This document shows positions 26,768 to 39,339 of a stretch of DNA of 64,000 nucleotides, piece by piece. Within the stretch, counting starts at the first letter, position 1. Each line of letters begins with the position of its first letter. The DNA is taken from the NCBI GenBank assembly GCA_964016885.1, contig OZ024742.1, positions 326,616,001 through 326,680,000 of the forward strand, given 5' to 3'. The translations under genes were made by a program, and so were the position numbers. The notes under the pieces are model-generated. The model had not been told where the DNA came from and did no database searches. It saw only the letters and a program-made list of their open reading frames with translations. The DNA comes from Eledone cirrhosa. Lineage: Eukaryota.

Positions 26768-26983
26768 GATGTCCTTAGAATCATTTGATAAGATATATAC
26801 TCAATTTCCTATAAAAATAATAGATAAATAAACGATAGCCATCTATTCGCGGTCAACAGCCATAGAATATTTACCCAGCATTTCAATAGCCCGTGGAAAT
26901 CGTTAAATATATCGTCAACCATACACAATTAGGTATAAAATTAAAGTTAGAAGAAAAAATGCATATACACATACCAGGATTAC

Positions 26984-27065
26984 GTTTCTACACTTTAGGG
27001 TTTCGTTCGCTTTCGGAAATATCCTATCAAGGATAAATTCTCGAGCTTCGAACTTATCAGGAAAC
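26984..27065 (-). ncRNA. Hammerhead-like motif with CTGATAA core
   Basis: Stem I GTTTC/GAAAC; stem II GTTCG/CGAAC; GAAAC...GTA. C3/A8 is a mismatch, so it may be inactive. Confidence 0.65.
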
Positions 27066-27141
27066 AAACTCACTTGGACAAAGATTTTTCTTAAATGATC
27101 CCCGCCATGTATATATATATATATATATACGATATATATAT

Positions 27142-27282
<141 letters not shown>

Positions 27283-27529
27283 GACAGAGAAAGAGAGAAT
27301 AAATAGTCGACTTTGAACTACAGAGAGGAGACGGAGAAACAGTCAATGTTTTAAGTGAATTGCGGAAGTCTTCTGCGATTGAAGGAAATTCAGAATAAAA
27401 TGAAAAAGAAAAAAATGGTGTATTTATATAGATAAGTGTATTTAAGGAACGAAAGAAAAGTTAAGATGTTTCCTCCATTGTGAAATTAAGAGAGTGAACC
27501 TGATACGTGAATGGGTCAATAACTGACAC

Positions 27530-28100
27530 ACACATGTTCACACATACCAAGACATACCCTCATCAGGCATACCCACAACATACACACACACACACACACA
27601 CATATTCACACATACCAGGCATACCCACAACATACACACACACACACATATTCACACATACCAAGACATACCTTCATCAGGCATACCCGCAACATATCCC
27701 CCACCCCACCCATACACACACATACCAAGACATACCCTCATCAGGCATACCCTCAACATATCCCCCACCCACCCATACACACATATATACACACATACCA
27801 TGACATACCCTTATCAGGCATACCCGCAACATAGCCCCACACACATACACACACATATTCACACATACCAAGACATACCCTCATCAGGCATACCCGCAAC
27901 ATACACACACGCACACACATATTCACACATACCAGGACATACCCTCATCAGGCATACCCATAACATGCTCACACACACACATACCAAGACATACCCTCAT
28001 CAGGCATACCCACAACATAGTCCCACACACATACACATATTTACACATACCAAGACATACCCTCATCAGGCATACCCGCAACATACACACACACATCTGC
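27530..28100. repeat. Minisatellite, ~55-62 bp units (ACATACCAAGACATACCCTCATCAGGCATACCC + CA-rich spacer)
   Basis: About 9 visible units. Confidence 0.85.
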
Positions 28101-28809
28101 ACATATACAATAGCCTTACATTAAAACATATTCAGACATACACACAACAGATGCACACCATAACACTAACCCACACATACGGAAACCGCACTCTCACATC
28201 CTCACATCCACATATCCACACAGCCACACAACCACGCAACTACACATACTCAAACACTTACATGGATATCTATACATGCCCACACACCTATACATAAATG
28301 CACACCATAGCACTAATCCACACATACGCAAACCGCACACATACATGCATATATCCACACAAACACACAACCACACAGCCACACACACTCATACCCTTAC
28401 ATGGATAGCTATACATGCCCACACATCCATACTTAAACCATACACACAACAGATGCACACCAGAGCATTAACCCACACATATGCAAACCACACACACACA
28501 CATCCACATATCCTCATATCCACACTGCCACACAACCACACACACACTCATACCCTTACATGGATATCTCTACATGTCCACACATCCATACATAAACCAT
28601 ACACACATAACAACACAAACGTAAGTCAACAAAGGCGTCACTTCGTGGTGAATCAATATGATATAAATAGAAGGTAAATCTCCTTCATCTCACTCTTTAC
28701 CAATAACGGGGCCCTGGATTCCTTGTAATTAGGGGGGGAAATGAGGGTGTCACGGCTGGAAAGCTTTGATCATTGATCGGCTTAATCAGAACTTCACAAT
28801 GGCTAAATA

Positions 28810-29215
28810 ACTGTTTCTACTTTTGCCACAAGGCCAGCAATTACCCAGTGCAAAACTGGTACTTTATTTCATCGATCCCGTAAGGATGAAAGGCAAAGTT
28901 AACCCCGGCGGGATTTGAACTCAGAATGGCAAGGGCCGTAACTCTTTGCTGCAAAGCATGGCGTCCGACCCTCTACCGATACTGCCAATCCATAGATGAT
29001 GGTTTCTGGTTTAGGCACAAGGCCAACAATTTTGGGAGAGGGAAAAGTCGATTAAATCTACCCCAGTGCATTACTAATACTTTATTTTATCTACCCTGTA
29101 AGGATGAAATACAAAGTTAACCTCGGCGGGATTTGAACCCAGAGCATAAAGGGCCGTAACTCTATACTACAAAGCATGGTGTCCAACTCTCTACTGATTC
29201 TGCCAATCAATTGCC
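28810..29215 (-). mobile_element. Two copies of tRNA-derived SINE family 1
   Basis: Reverse complement of the 47710-47897 consensus. Confidence 0.8.
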
Positions 29216-29616
29216 CTCACAATGGCTAAATAATATATATACGTACACATCCAAACACGTACACACAGACACACACTACGTATAGCTATACATAAACATA
29301 CACGGAAACACACACACTACACATAGATAGCTATACATACATATACACTACATATGGATAGCTATACATACACACAAACAAACACACACACACACTACGT
29401 ATAGTTAGCTATACATACACATATACACATACACACACTATACATAGATAGCTATACATATACATACACACAAACACACACATACTACATATAGCTAGCT
29501 ATACATACACATATACACATACACACACTACATATAGCTAGCTATACATACACACACTATATATAGCTAGCTATACATATACATATACACATACACACAC
29601 TATAAATAAACATTAC

Positions 29617-29890
29617 GGAGGCTCGTGACCTAGTGGTAAGGGTGTTGACTTACGATCGTAATGTCGTGGGTTCGATTCCTGGGTTGCGCGTTGTTTCCTT
29701 GAGTAAGACACTTCATTTCACGTTGCTCCAGTACACTCAGCTGAAAATGAGTACCAGCAATAGCTGGAGGTTTAACCCTGCGATGGACTGGCGTCCTGTC
29801 CAGGGGGGAGTCTTGTACTCTCAGTCGCTTCACGCCATGAAACCGGGATAAGCACCGGCCAAATGAGCCTTCTGGCTTAAGACAGACTTT
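29617..29890 (+). mobile_element. tRNA-derived SINE family 2
   Basis: A box TGACCTAGTGG, B box GGTTCGATTCC, body CCTTGAGTAAGACACT and CCTGCGATGGACTGGCG. Relatives at 54740-54890, 60101-60316 and 63349-63570. Confidence 0.85.
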
Positions 29891-30086
29891 AGACTTTATA
29901 CATATACACACACTATATATACATAGATAGCTATACATAAACACATACTCACACTATACATAGATAGCTGTACATATACATACACCCCTGCATCGACACA
30001 GACAAATACAATCATTTTAACTTCCAAAAAGATGTTAAAGTGATTGACAATAAAAGGGGAGGGATGCATGGTTATATATGGATCAG

Positions 30087-31505
30087 AAGGTGGTGGTGTT
30101 GGTGGTGGTGATGATTGTGGTGGTGGTGGTGGTGGTGGTGGTGGTGTGGTGGTGGTGGTGGTGGTGGTGGTGGTGGTGGTGGTGGTAGTGGTGGTGGTGG
30201 TTGTGGTGGTGGTGGTGGTGGTGGTGGTTATGGTGATGGTGGTGGTGGTGGTGGTGGTGGTGGTGGTGGTGGTGGTGGTGGTGGCGGTGGTGGTGGTGGT
30301 GGTGGTTGTGGTGGTGGTGGTGGTTATGGTGATGGTGGTGGTGGTGGTGGTGGTGGCGGTGGTGGTGGTGGTGGTGGTGGTGGTGGTGGTGGTTATGGTG
30401 ATGGTGGTGGTGGTTGTGGTGGTGGTTGTGGTGGTGGTGGTGGTGGTGGTGGTGGTGGTGGTTATGGTGATGGTGGTGGTGGTTATGGTGGTGGTGGTGG
30501 TGGTGGTGGTGGTTGTGGTGGTGGTGGTGGTTATGGTGATGGTGGTGGTGGTTGTGGTGGTGGTAAATTTCCCTCCTGCCGCCAGGTGGAGGATAGTGTG
30601 AGCTGGATATGGATTAGAAGCTGTTATTCAAAAGAAGATCCCAATTTTACCGACACTGACAAAGAAAGGTTGTGGTGTGGTGTGAATGGGGAATAGTATG
30701 AGCAGGACATAACATAATGGGGAATAGTATGAGGGACAATAGCAGGACATAACGGGGGCCAGAGAAACTGGTTAAAAAGTGGCGAGAGAGGGGTTAAAAG
30801 GTGGAAAGAGAGGGCTTGAAAAGTAGAGAGAGGAGCTAAAAGCTGGAGAGAGGGGCAGCAAGTGGAGAGAGAGGGGCGTAAAAGGTGGAGAGAGAGGGGT
30901 AAAAGGTGGAGAGAGAGGGGTAAAAGGTGGAGAGAGAGGGGTTAAAAGGTAAAGAGAGAGATTGGTAAAAAGTAGAGAGAGAGGAGTAAAAGAAAAAGAG
31001 GGGTGTGAAATGTAGAGAGAGGGGAGAAACGGTAGAGAGAGAGGGACTAAAGTAGAGAGAGAGGAGTAAAAGAAAAAGAGGGGTGTGAAATGTAGAGAGA
31101 GGGGACTAAAGTAGAGAGAGAGCGGGTAAAACGTGGTGATGCTGGTGTTGGTGTTGATGATCATGTTCGTAGTGGTATGGTAGTGGTGGTGATGATGGTG
31201 GTGATGGTGGTTGTGGTGGTGGTGGTGGTGGTATTCATAGTTATAGTAGCAGTGATAATAGTGATGGTAGTGGTAGTGGTAGTGGTGGTGGTGGTGGTGG
31301 TGATAGCGGTGGTTGTAGTTGTAGTGGAAGTAGTAGTGGTAGTGGTGGTGGTGGTAGTGGTGGTGATGATAGTGGTGGTGGTTGTAGTAGTGGTAATGGT
31401 AGTGGTAATGGTAGTAGTAGTGGTAGCAATAGTTGTAGTGGTCGTAGTAGTGGTAGTGGTATTTGTAGTTGTAATGGTAGTGGTAGTAGTAGTGGTAGTA
31501 GTAGT
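30087..31505. repeat. (GGT)n tract 30087-30564, purine-rich minisatellite ~30775-31130, (GGT/AGT)n tract 31132-31505
   Basis: Directly visible low-complexity repeats. Confidence 0.9.
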
Positions 31506-31949
31506 TGCGAAAGCACTGGTGCTTGATTGGTGACTGCAAAGACAGGGAGAAAAGGAAGGTAAAGGTAGATAGGCTTAAGGTAAGAATGGTACGGGGAGGG
31601 GCTGTTGATGAGTCAACTTGTCAGGTTCTTTACATAAACTGTTATCATATAAATACTTTACCTACCTTTAACAGGTGGACCAGCCTTTATAAGTATCTAA
31701 CCCCGCTGTCCGGGTGACATGTCTGTGGTGTCTCCTCCACATGGACAGAGGTCATTCTCTGACCTCTATCATATATTCATCTTCTTACATATACTCCCAT
31801 CGCTGGTTCGATTCTCAGGTAAATTCATTTAATATCAATTTTTGTTTCACACACACACACACACGCGCACACACAGACACACACGCACACACAGACACAC
31901 ACACACAGACACACATACACACACACACACCTATATATATATATACATA

Positions 31950-32068
31950 TATAGGAAAATGTTCAAGACCCCGTCGGAGTTTTGAACATTTTCCTATTAC
32001 CCACTCTACTACCCTAAGTATTGAGTACTCTGGTGCGTCCACCTGGTTACTTACCACACTTCCTTCAT
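31950..32068 (+). mobile_element. Family F copy with a short fold-back centred on the GTC site
   Basis: ATAGGAAAATGTTCAAGACCCC GTC GGAGTTTTGAACATTTTCCTAT, followed by the shared body. Confidence 0.7.
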
Positions 32069-32079
32069 TATATACATAT

Positions 32080-32123
<44 letters not shown>

Positions 32124-32160
32124 TAAAAAACGAAGCACCATAGCTATCATTATACACACG

Positions 32161-32245
<85 letters not shown>

Positions 32246-32324
32246 ATCCCGGGTTCAATCGGGGGTAACCACAGAAAGTAAGGTACTCAATACATAGCAG
32301 AGTATAAATATATAATATAGAAAT

Positions 32325-32376
32325 GGCTTCTACAAGACTAGAACTGTTTCATTCGGAGAAAATCATCAGGAAAGCC
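32325..32376 (-). ncRNA. Hammerhead in fold-back hairpin 32314-32440
   Basis: GGCTTTC CTGATGA TTTTCTCCGAAT GAAAC AG..TTGTA GAAGCC. Confidence 0.6.
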
Positions 32377-32487
32377 TTTCTTGATGGATGATTTCCTCCT
32401 AATGAAACAGTTCTAGTCCTGTAGAAGCCATTTCTATATTAAATAAATAAATATATATATATGAGTAAGAATATTTTCGAAAAAGCA

Positions 32488-32540
32488 AGTTATATATATT
32501 TCAAGTCTACCAAAATTGTTGGTACGCTATCATCAGATAA
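32488..32540 (-). ncRNA. Hammerhead in a solo fragment related to the pLTR of the PLE at 56535-60675
   Basis: CTGATGA TAGCGTACCAA..TTGGTAGACTT GAAATATATATA. The flank 32490-32615 aligns to 56583-56712. Confidence 0.65.
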
Positions 32541-32611
32541 AATACGAAGTGTGTTTTATAAATGTTGATATAACCAAGGATAATATACCTTAACGGTTCA
32601 AGTTATCTCTG

Positions 32612-32687
<76 letters not shown>

Positions 32688-33169
32688 TTGTATTTAGTTA
32701 TTTATTTATTTATTTATTTGTATTTATCTGTACAACTCTCCTTCACTTCCTCCAAGCCTAAATCTAATTTGATTTTGTATTTTTACTTGCCCCTATGTTT
32801 TGTTTAATTTACCAACTATATATATATATACGTGTGTATGTATGTGTGTCTATGTATGTATGTACGTATGTATGTATGTATATATGTATCTATGTATGTA
32901 TCTCTGTATGTATGTATAAATACATACACCTTTTCCTTGTCGTCGATGTCTTATATATAATTGACAAAAGATCTCCTTTGAAGAAAATGAACATATCTCG
33001 TCTGATTCACTAAATTCATTTTGCATACTATGCTCATATATGTGTGTGTGTGTGTGTGTGTGCGTGTGCGTGCGCGCGAGAGAGAATAAAGGGATAACCG
33101 ACGCAGCAAAACGCTACAGTAAATTGAAGATATATTAGTCTAACGCTTGATAAAGCGGGAAGAGAGCCA

Positions 33170-33200
33170 TAGCGTTTCGGTCGTTAGTTCTACATCAGAA
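33170..33200 (-). ncRNA. Degenerate minimal PLE-type hammerhead
   Basis: CTGATGTAGAACTAACGACCGAAACGCT, similar to 46851-46883. Confidence 0.45.
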
Positions 33201-33537
33201 GATGAAATGAAAAATAGAAGCAACAATAGAAAGATAGAGGAGAGTGAGAAGAGGAAGAAAAGAGGAAAGAATTATTGGAGAGTAAGCTAATGTGTGTTGT
33301 CAGTTAGACATTTTGGGGAAACGCAGAAACACACACACACACACACAATTCCCTAAAGGAACCTTAACCCTGGCCCTAACGCAATGAAGCCGGTAAATCT
33401 GACGAGATAATTTTATTTACTTCAATGGAAGTCTGTTGTTTTATTGTTCTGAATCTGATATTTTTTTTTAACTTTCTCAACATAAAAATTATGCTTGGTG
33501 TTATAAAATATAAATAGTGGGCTGATAAATTAGTGGC

Positions 33538-33601
33538 TGAATGATGATGATTATGGTGATGATGAAGATGGGGAGGGTGATGACGATGATGATGATTATG
33601 G

Positions 33602-33633
<32 letters not shown>

Positions 33634-33664
33634 GGGAGGGTGATGACGATGATGATGATTATGG

Positions 33665-33696
<32 letters not shown>

Positions 33697-33912
33697 GGGA
33701 GGGTGATGACGATGGTGATGGTGTTTGCGCTGGTGATCATGATTGAACTAGTAACGATGATGATGATGAGGAGGAGGAGGAAGAGGAGGAGGATAATGAT
33801 GTTGATGATGAGGTGGTGGTCGTGGTGGTAGTGATGTCGATGATGATGGTGATAGTGTTTGTGCTGATGATCATGATTGCAATAGTAATGATTATGATCA
33901 TGATCATGATGT
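33538..33912. repeat. (GAT)n-rich compound microsatellite
   Basis: Directly visible. Confidence 0.9.
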
Positions 33913-34321
33913 CTTATGTGTAGAGCTATCCAGCTTCTTTGCCGACCAACATGATGTATGTGTTGCTTCCATTGAACCCGATTCTGTGTCAGTCCTTTGT
34001 ACGACAAAAGAAGCAGATTCGGTTTCTACAGGATATGTCTAGCCATCTTTTCATCCAGCGCTCCAATCATTTTCTGGGGCTTTGGAAATCTTCATTGTAT
34101 ACGCTGTCAACCATAGATATCTGTGGTTTGGTTTGCGAAGGTTGGATGGACGTCAGCCCTGTCTAAGATATATGATCAAAATAATTCTAGATGTGACTAT
34201 CCTATCAAGTTGCACTAAGGACCTCATTGGATCTTTTTAAGACGGAAGAGTGTAATTTGAAGGATACTTGACGGTAAACTATGGCATAGGGGCTGATTCG
34301 TTTACTTGCCTTCCTTTGTAA

Positions 34322-34416
<95 letters not shown>

Positions 34417-34420
<4 letters not shown>

Positions 34421-35362
34421 GACGTAAAATAAGAAAATTTTAAAGATTAAAAATCAACTTACTAAAGTTTTCACTCCAACTAATTAGTTTCTGTAAGGGG
34501 ATAAATATAGTTACATAATATAACTATAGAGAATTCTTTACGTCATCAGGGAGTCTATTCTCAGCTAAGTTCCTAGGCGATGCGCGGACACTAAGAACCC
34601 ATATAAAAATAATAATTCAGTGGATGGGATAAAGCTAGCGAGGACTAAATTCCAGAGCACTGAAAAAATTCACTGCCTCTGGTCAGTGGCAGATTCTAAA
34701 TTTTACGTCTTTCATATAATTGTTCTGCATCCCCCTGCATAGAACCACAAAGGTACTAAGACATAACATATATATTTGCTAGCATGGGTGTACATCTGTA
34801 CATATATGTTGGTAGATGTACTAATTCTCTATATTTATCTCCAAATTATTTGTTGAGCAAAACTTGCCAAAATTTACTGCTGATTCATGGTAGTAGTAGG
34901 CTCTTGTCATAATACCACCCCGCTCCTAACTGATTAACCTCAGTATCACGTGATTGATCCTTTAGAATCTGCCACTGACCAGAGGCAGTGAATTTTTTCA
35001 GTGCTCTGGAATTTAGTCCTCGCTATCTTTATCCCATCCACTGAATTATTATTTTTATATGGGTTCTTAGTGTCCGCGCATCGCCTGGGAACTTAGCTGA
35101 GAATAGACTCCCTGATGACGTAAGGAATTCTCTATAGTTATATTATGTAACTATATTTATCCCCTTACAGAAACTAATTAGTTGGAGTGAAAATTTTAGT
35201 AAGTTGATTTTTAATTTTTAAAATTTTCTGATTTTACGTCTTTCATATAATTGTTCTGTATCCCCCTGCATAGAACCACAAAGGTACTAAGACATAACAT
35301 ATATATTTGGTAGCATGGGTGTACATCTGTACACATATGTTGGTAGATGTACTAATTCTCTA
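34417..35362. mobile_element. Diverged family A subfamily, fold-back insertion
   Basis: HHRs at 34473-34554 (-) and 35107-35188 (+). Same terminal point AAAGACGTAAAATAAG as the 2366 copy. Confidence 0.85.
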
Positions 35363-35427
<65 letters not shown>

Positions 35428-35573
35428 ATGCTTTGGGAGGGTCATGTTGCCAATAAGAAACATACGCACCAGTTGCTTTCACTTCAATTTATTATAATAA
35501 ATTTATAAATTTAGGAATTTATAAATTTCTGGTTGGTTGGTTGGTTCAACAACCAGATGATTGTTTATATATT

Positions 35574-35616
35574 GTCAAAGTTCTTTCGTCACACATTCTG
35601 TGACCTCTTCAGTGAC
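35574..35616 (-). ncRNA. Hammerhead inside fold-back element 35422-35731
   Basis: GTCA CTGAAGA GGTCACA-GAATG-TGTGAC GAAAG AA CTT TGAC. Element arms are ~35422-35486 and 35667-35731. Confidence 0.7.
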
Positions 35617-35785
35617 TGGGGATTCTTTTCTTTGTTTTTTGTGCCTCTCCTTTGTTCTGTCCTATGCGAAGTGAAAGCAACTGGTGCGTGTGTTTCTTAT
35701 TGGCAACATGACCCTCCCAAAGTATAACAATATCGGTTTCAACACACGTTTTCAGATAAAGAATCTTGCTAAACAAATTCAGAAA

Positions 35786-35843
<58 letters not shown>

Positions 35844-36052
35844 AGGGAGTGTAAATAAACGTAATGAAGGAGTAACCAATCGTCCTAGTTAATTTATTTC
35901 ACTATATATATATAATATATATATATAGAGAGAGAGATAGATATACTTGAGGAGAGTCATATTGTTGTAATAATATTGCCAGAAATAATAACAGAATACA
36001 CTCAATGTTTCCTCCTATTCTGTTGTGTTTATATATATATATATATATATAT

Positions 36053-36176
36053 ATTATAAGACAGATTAAAGTTTAAGCAAAGAATCGCTGCTTTCACCCT
36101 TAATGGACTCTTCAGAAGATCCCGTTAAGGGTGAAAGCAGCGATTCTTTGCTGAAACTTTAATCTGTTCTTATAAT
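36053..36176. mobile_element. Short palindromic element containing a 5'-clipped hammerhead (36071-36115, minus)
   Basis: CTGAAGA GTCC-ATTAA-GGGT GAAAGCA..TGCTT. The arms are near-perfect reverse complements. Confidence 0.65.
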
Positions 36177-36408
36177 AAATATTTGCTCTACGGGTTTTTA
36201 TATATATACATATACATATATATATATATATATATAATATAATAAATACAATATCGGAGAAAGCTTTTTAGCGATACTCCGGCCAAATTCTAACTCACTC
36301 AACAAACATTAGGAAATAAGTGATTATATTCCCAATTATGTGTTCGGGGTGCTAACTAAAAGTATTGCGTGGAAAATTGGCTGTATTATTTCATATGAGA
36401 CATATCTA

Positions 36409-36501
<93 letters not shown>

Positions 36502-36833
36502 CAAAATAGGAGGCTCGAGAGAAAAAGGAAAGGAAAAAAACAACGGAAAGAAGACAGTCCCATAATTGGTATCAACCTTAATACCCGAAACTGTAGAGAT
36601 TTCCACTGGTTAATTGGGGAGATGAGACTGTCCGTCTTTCCTTTGTTTTTTATTGTTTTTTTTTTACCATTGTGTTTGTCCATTGCGCTCCCTAAATTCA
36701 TATTCTAAAGACTTAGTTATGCGGGCTATTTTTGTAACTATCTTTATATATATAATTAGGCTGCTCAGTCGTTAATATGCATATGGAAAGTATATACTTT
36801 CAAACGTTCAATCGACTGACAGGAAGGTATACT

Positions 36834-36870
36834 GTGCTGATGACAGCTAATAATCTAGAAACTAGTTCAT
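36834..36870 (+). ncRNA. Minimal hammerhead-like motif
   Basis: GTG CTGATGA CAG..CTA GAAAC TA GTT CAT. Palindromic stem III AACTAGTT; weak stem II. Confidence 0.55.
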
Positions 36871-37078
36871 CGCTCCTTTGTCAGTGTTGAACAAAAGGGC
36901 AACGATGGTTGCCGAACACTGTACGGCTAATAATTCGGGCTGTTTGTTTACAAACAAACCGAGCATTATAATAAATGTTCGGTAAACCCATACGTACATA
37001 TATATATATGTGTGCATGTATGTATGTATATACATACTACTGTATGTCTGTATACATATATGTATGTACGTATACATA

Positions 37079-37128
<50 letters not shown>

Positions 37129-37131
<3 letters not shown>

Positions 37132-37737
37132 TGGCTGCCAGCTAGTTTTCGAGTACGGCCACTACTTTATATCCATGTAGGAGAACCCCTACCGATGCGC
37201 TGAACGAATGTGACTTTTTAGTCCAGCCAGCGACTTGAAAACTCTGGTACCAACACTAGACTCCTGACAATTATTGACACATAGTGCTGGGCCCATGGTA
37301 CCATGTGATGACAAGTGCAGAGAGATCTCCAGATATAAAGCAATGCCTGTGCCATGAAGCTTTTATAGTGAGCAAAGGCACTGCACAAAGCCAGTCCCAC
37401 TCTCTTAACCAAGATGATATTTACCAAAAAGAAGAACAAGTAAACATCATTGGATACCATCAGGGTTGCAGGTGTTATATCAGAGTTTTCCTTCTCCTAG
37501 AATTCTGCCTTGACAAAGGCTAAGGGGTCATCTCTCCCGGTGATTTTGGATGGTCATTGACTCTTAAGGGCTCCTTTTCCCTATGACAGGTTTTATTTTT
37601 AGTCCTGCAGGATGTCCAAAGTCACCCTCCTCACGAAGAAACCTTGGTGGGGTTGCCAGTTTAGTCGTCAACGACCCGACCATGAGACAGGTTGTACTGG
37701 GATACATGTTACCAGTAGCACCAACTGGTGACCTGAC
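37129..37737 (-). mobile_element. Family R copy
   Basis: Matches 8094-8702. Confidence 0.8.
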
Positions 37738-37783
37738 ATATATATACATATACATACATATACATATACACACATATGTATAT

Positions 37784-37834
<51 letters not shown>

Positions 37835-37886
37835 TACATATATATACATACACACATATATATATACATACATATATACAATGTAT

Positions 37887-38028
37887 GCACATGGCCCAGT
37901 GGCCAGAGCACCGGCCCCGCAATCGAAAGGCCGCGAGCCCAACTCCCAGACCGGGCGACGTGCTCCCCCCCCCCCCCCCCCCCCCCAGCAAGACACCCCA
38001 CCCCACACCGCTCCAGCCCACCCAGCTA
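37887..38028 (+). mobile_element. SINE family 2 copy with massive T>C substitution
   Basis: Aligns to 60102-60216 with about 20 T>C changes. Confidence 0.75.
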
Positions 38029-38031
38029 TAG

Positions 38032-38239
38032 TATCTGGAGATCTCTCTGCACTTGTCGTCACATGGTACCATGGGCCCAGCACTATGTGTCAATAATTGT
38101 CACAGGTGTAGTGTTTGTACCAGAGTTTTCAAGTTGTTGGCTGGACTAAAAAGTCACACTTATTCAGCCCATCGGTAGGGGTTTTCCTGCATAGATATAA
38201 AGTAGAGGCCGTACTCGAAAACGAGTTGGCAGCCACCAT
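38032..38239 (+). mobile_element. 5'-truncated family R copy in the opposite orientation
   Basis: Reverse complement of 37129-37335. Confidence 0.8.
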
Positions 38240-39339
38240 GTGTATATGTATGTATGTATATATGTGTGTATGTATATATGTATGTATGTATATATGTATG
38301 TATGTATATATGTATGTATATGTATGTATATGTATGTGTATATATATGTGTGTATATATATGTATGTATCATCCTCATTTTACGTCCACTTTTTCCCTGC
38401 TTGCGGGGGTGGGACGGGAACTGATTCTGGCTTGATTTCTACAGCTGGATGCCCTTTCTGGCACCGGCCTCATTTGCAGTGAGTGCTGGGTGCTTTTTTG
38501 CCGTGGCGCCTCCACGGCCGCTTTGCGGTGGGGTGGTGGGGACCCCAGTCCCTATCGTCTCGTTTCATATATATATATATACATATATACATACATATAA
38601 CGACCGAATGTGTGTCCACTCTATTCGATAAGCTTCGTCTCTTAATTATATATATATATATATACACATACATATGTTTGTGACTGTATGTATGTATATA
38701 TGCACACATATATCCAATGTATAGTTATGTGCGTATATAAAGGTATATATATATGTTTATACATATATAGTTAAATGGGTGTAATATTATTGAAAACTAT
38801 TGATTGCACGTAATTCAAACACGTAATACATATTTTGTCACAAGAGGACATTGCAAACAAGACCCTTTTAGTTATATTTTTGTTTTATTGGTTTTTGGAC
38901 ATATGTAAATATCCACCTTAGTAGACACACCAAAATATCAATGTAGCTACGTTTCGCAAGCTTCCGGCATTAGTTCATATTCTCGCTAATCGGGTTCATT
39001 TCTATCTAAACGCAAAGATTCATTCCTTCATTTACAACTAAAACAAGGTTGAAAATGTATTAAATGTTACCTTTTTGGGGTTTTATACGTGTGTGCACGC
39101 ACACACACAAAGGTGCACAAGCAAACACACAGACACAAACAAACGCATACACACACACAGAGACACACACACATACTCTCTCACACACACACATACACAC
39201 ATAACACACTAAAACAAACACATACACAAAGAAACACACCTATATAAATGCATACATATTTATGTCGAGCAATTTGCAGAAATACGATGTATCCGGGAAT
39301 GTGTGTATGTATGTATATATATATATATATATATATACG

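Noticed and set aside
27530-28100. Repeated CTCATCAG (CTGATGAG on the minus strand) with variable spacers, resembling an HHR array or CRISPR
   Set aside because: No GAAA or stems follow, the spacers are CA microsatellite, and there are no cas genes. It is an ordinary minisatellite.
29617-29690. tRNA gene
   Set aside because: It continues into a SINE body and has no proper acceptor stem, so it is a SINE head.
30044-31539. Long Gly-, Val- or His-rich ORFs
   Set aside because: Translations of (GGT)n and (AGT)n microsatellite with no splice or codon evidence.
31600-31685. GGCTG TTGATGA GTCAACTTGT..ACAGGTGGAC CAGCC hairpin
   Set aside because: Has stem I and II-like pairing but lacks GAAA and stem III entirely. 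At best a deleted relic.
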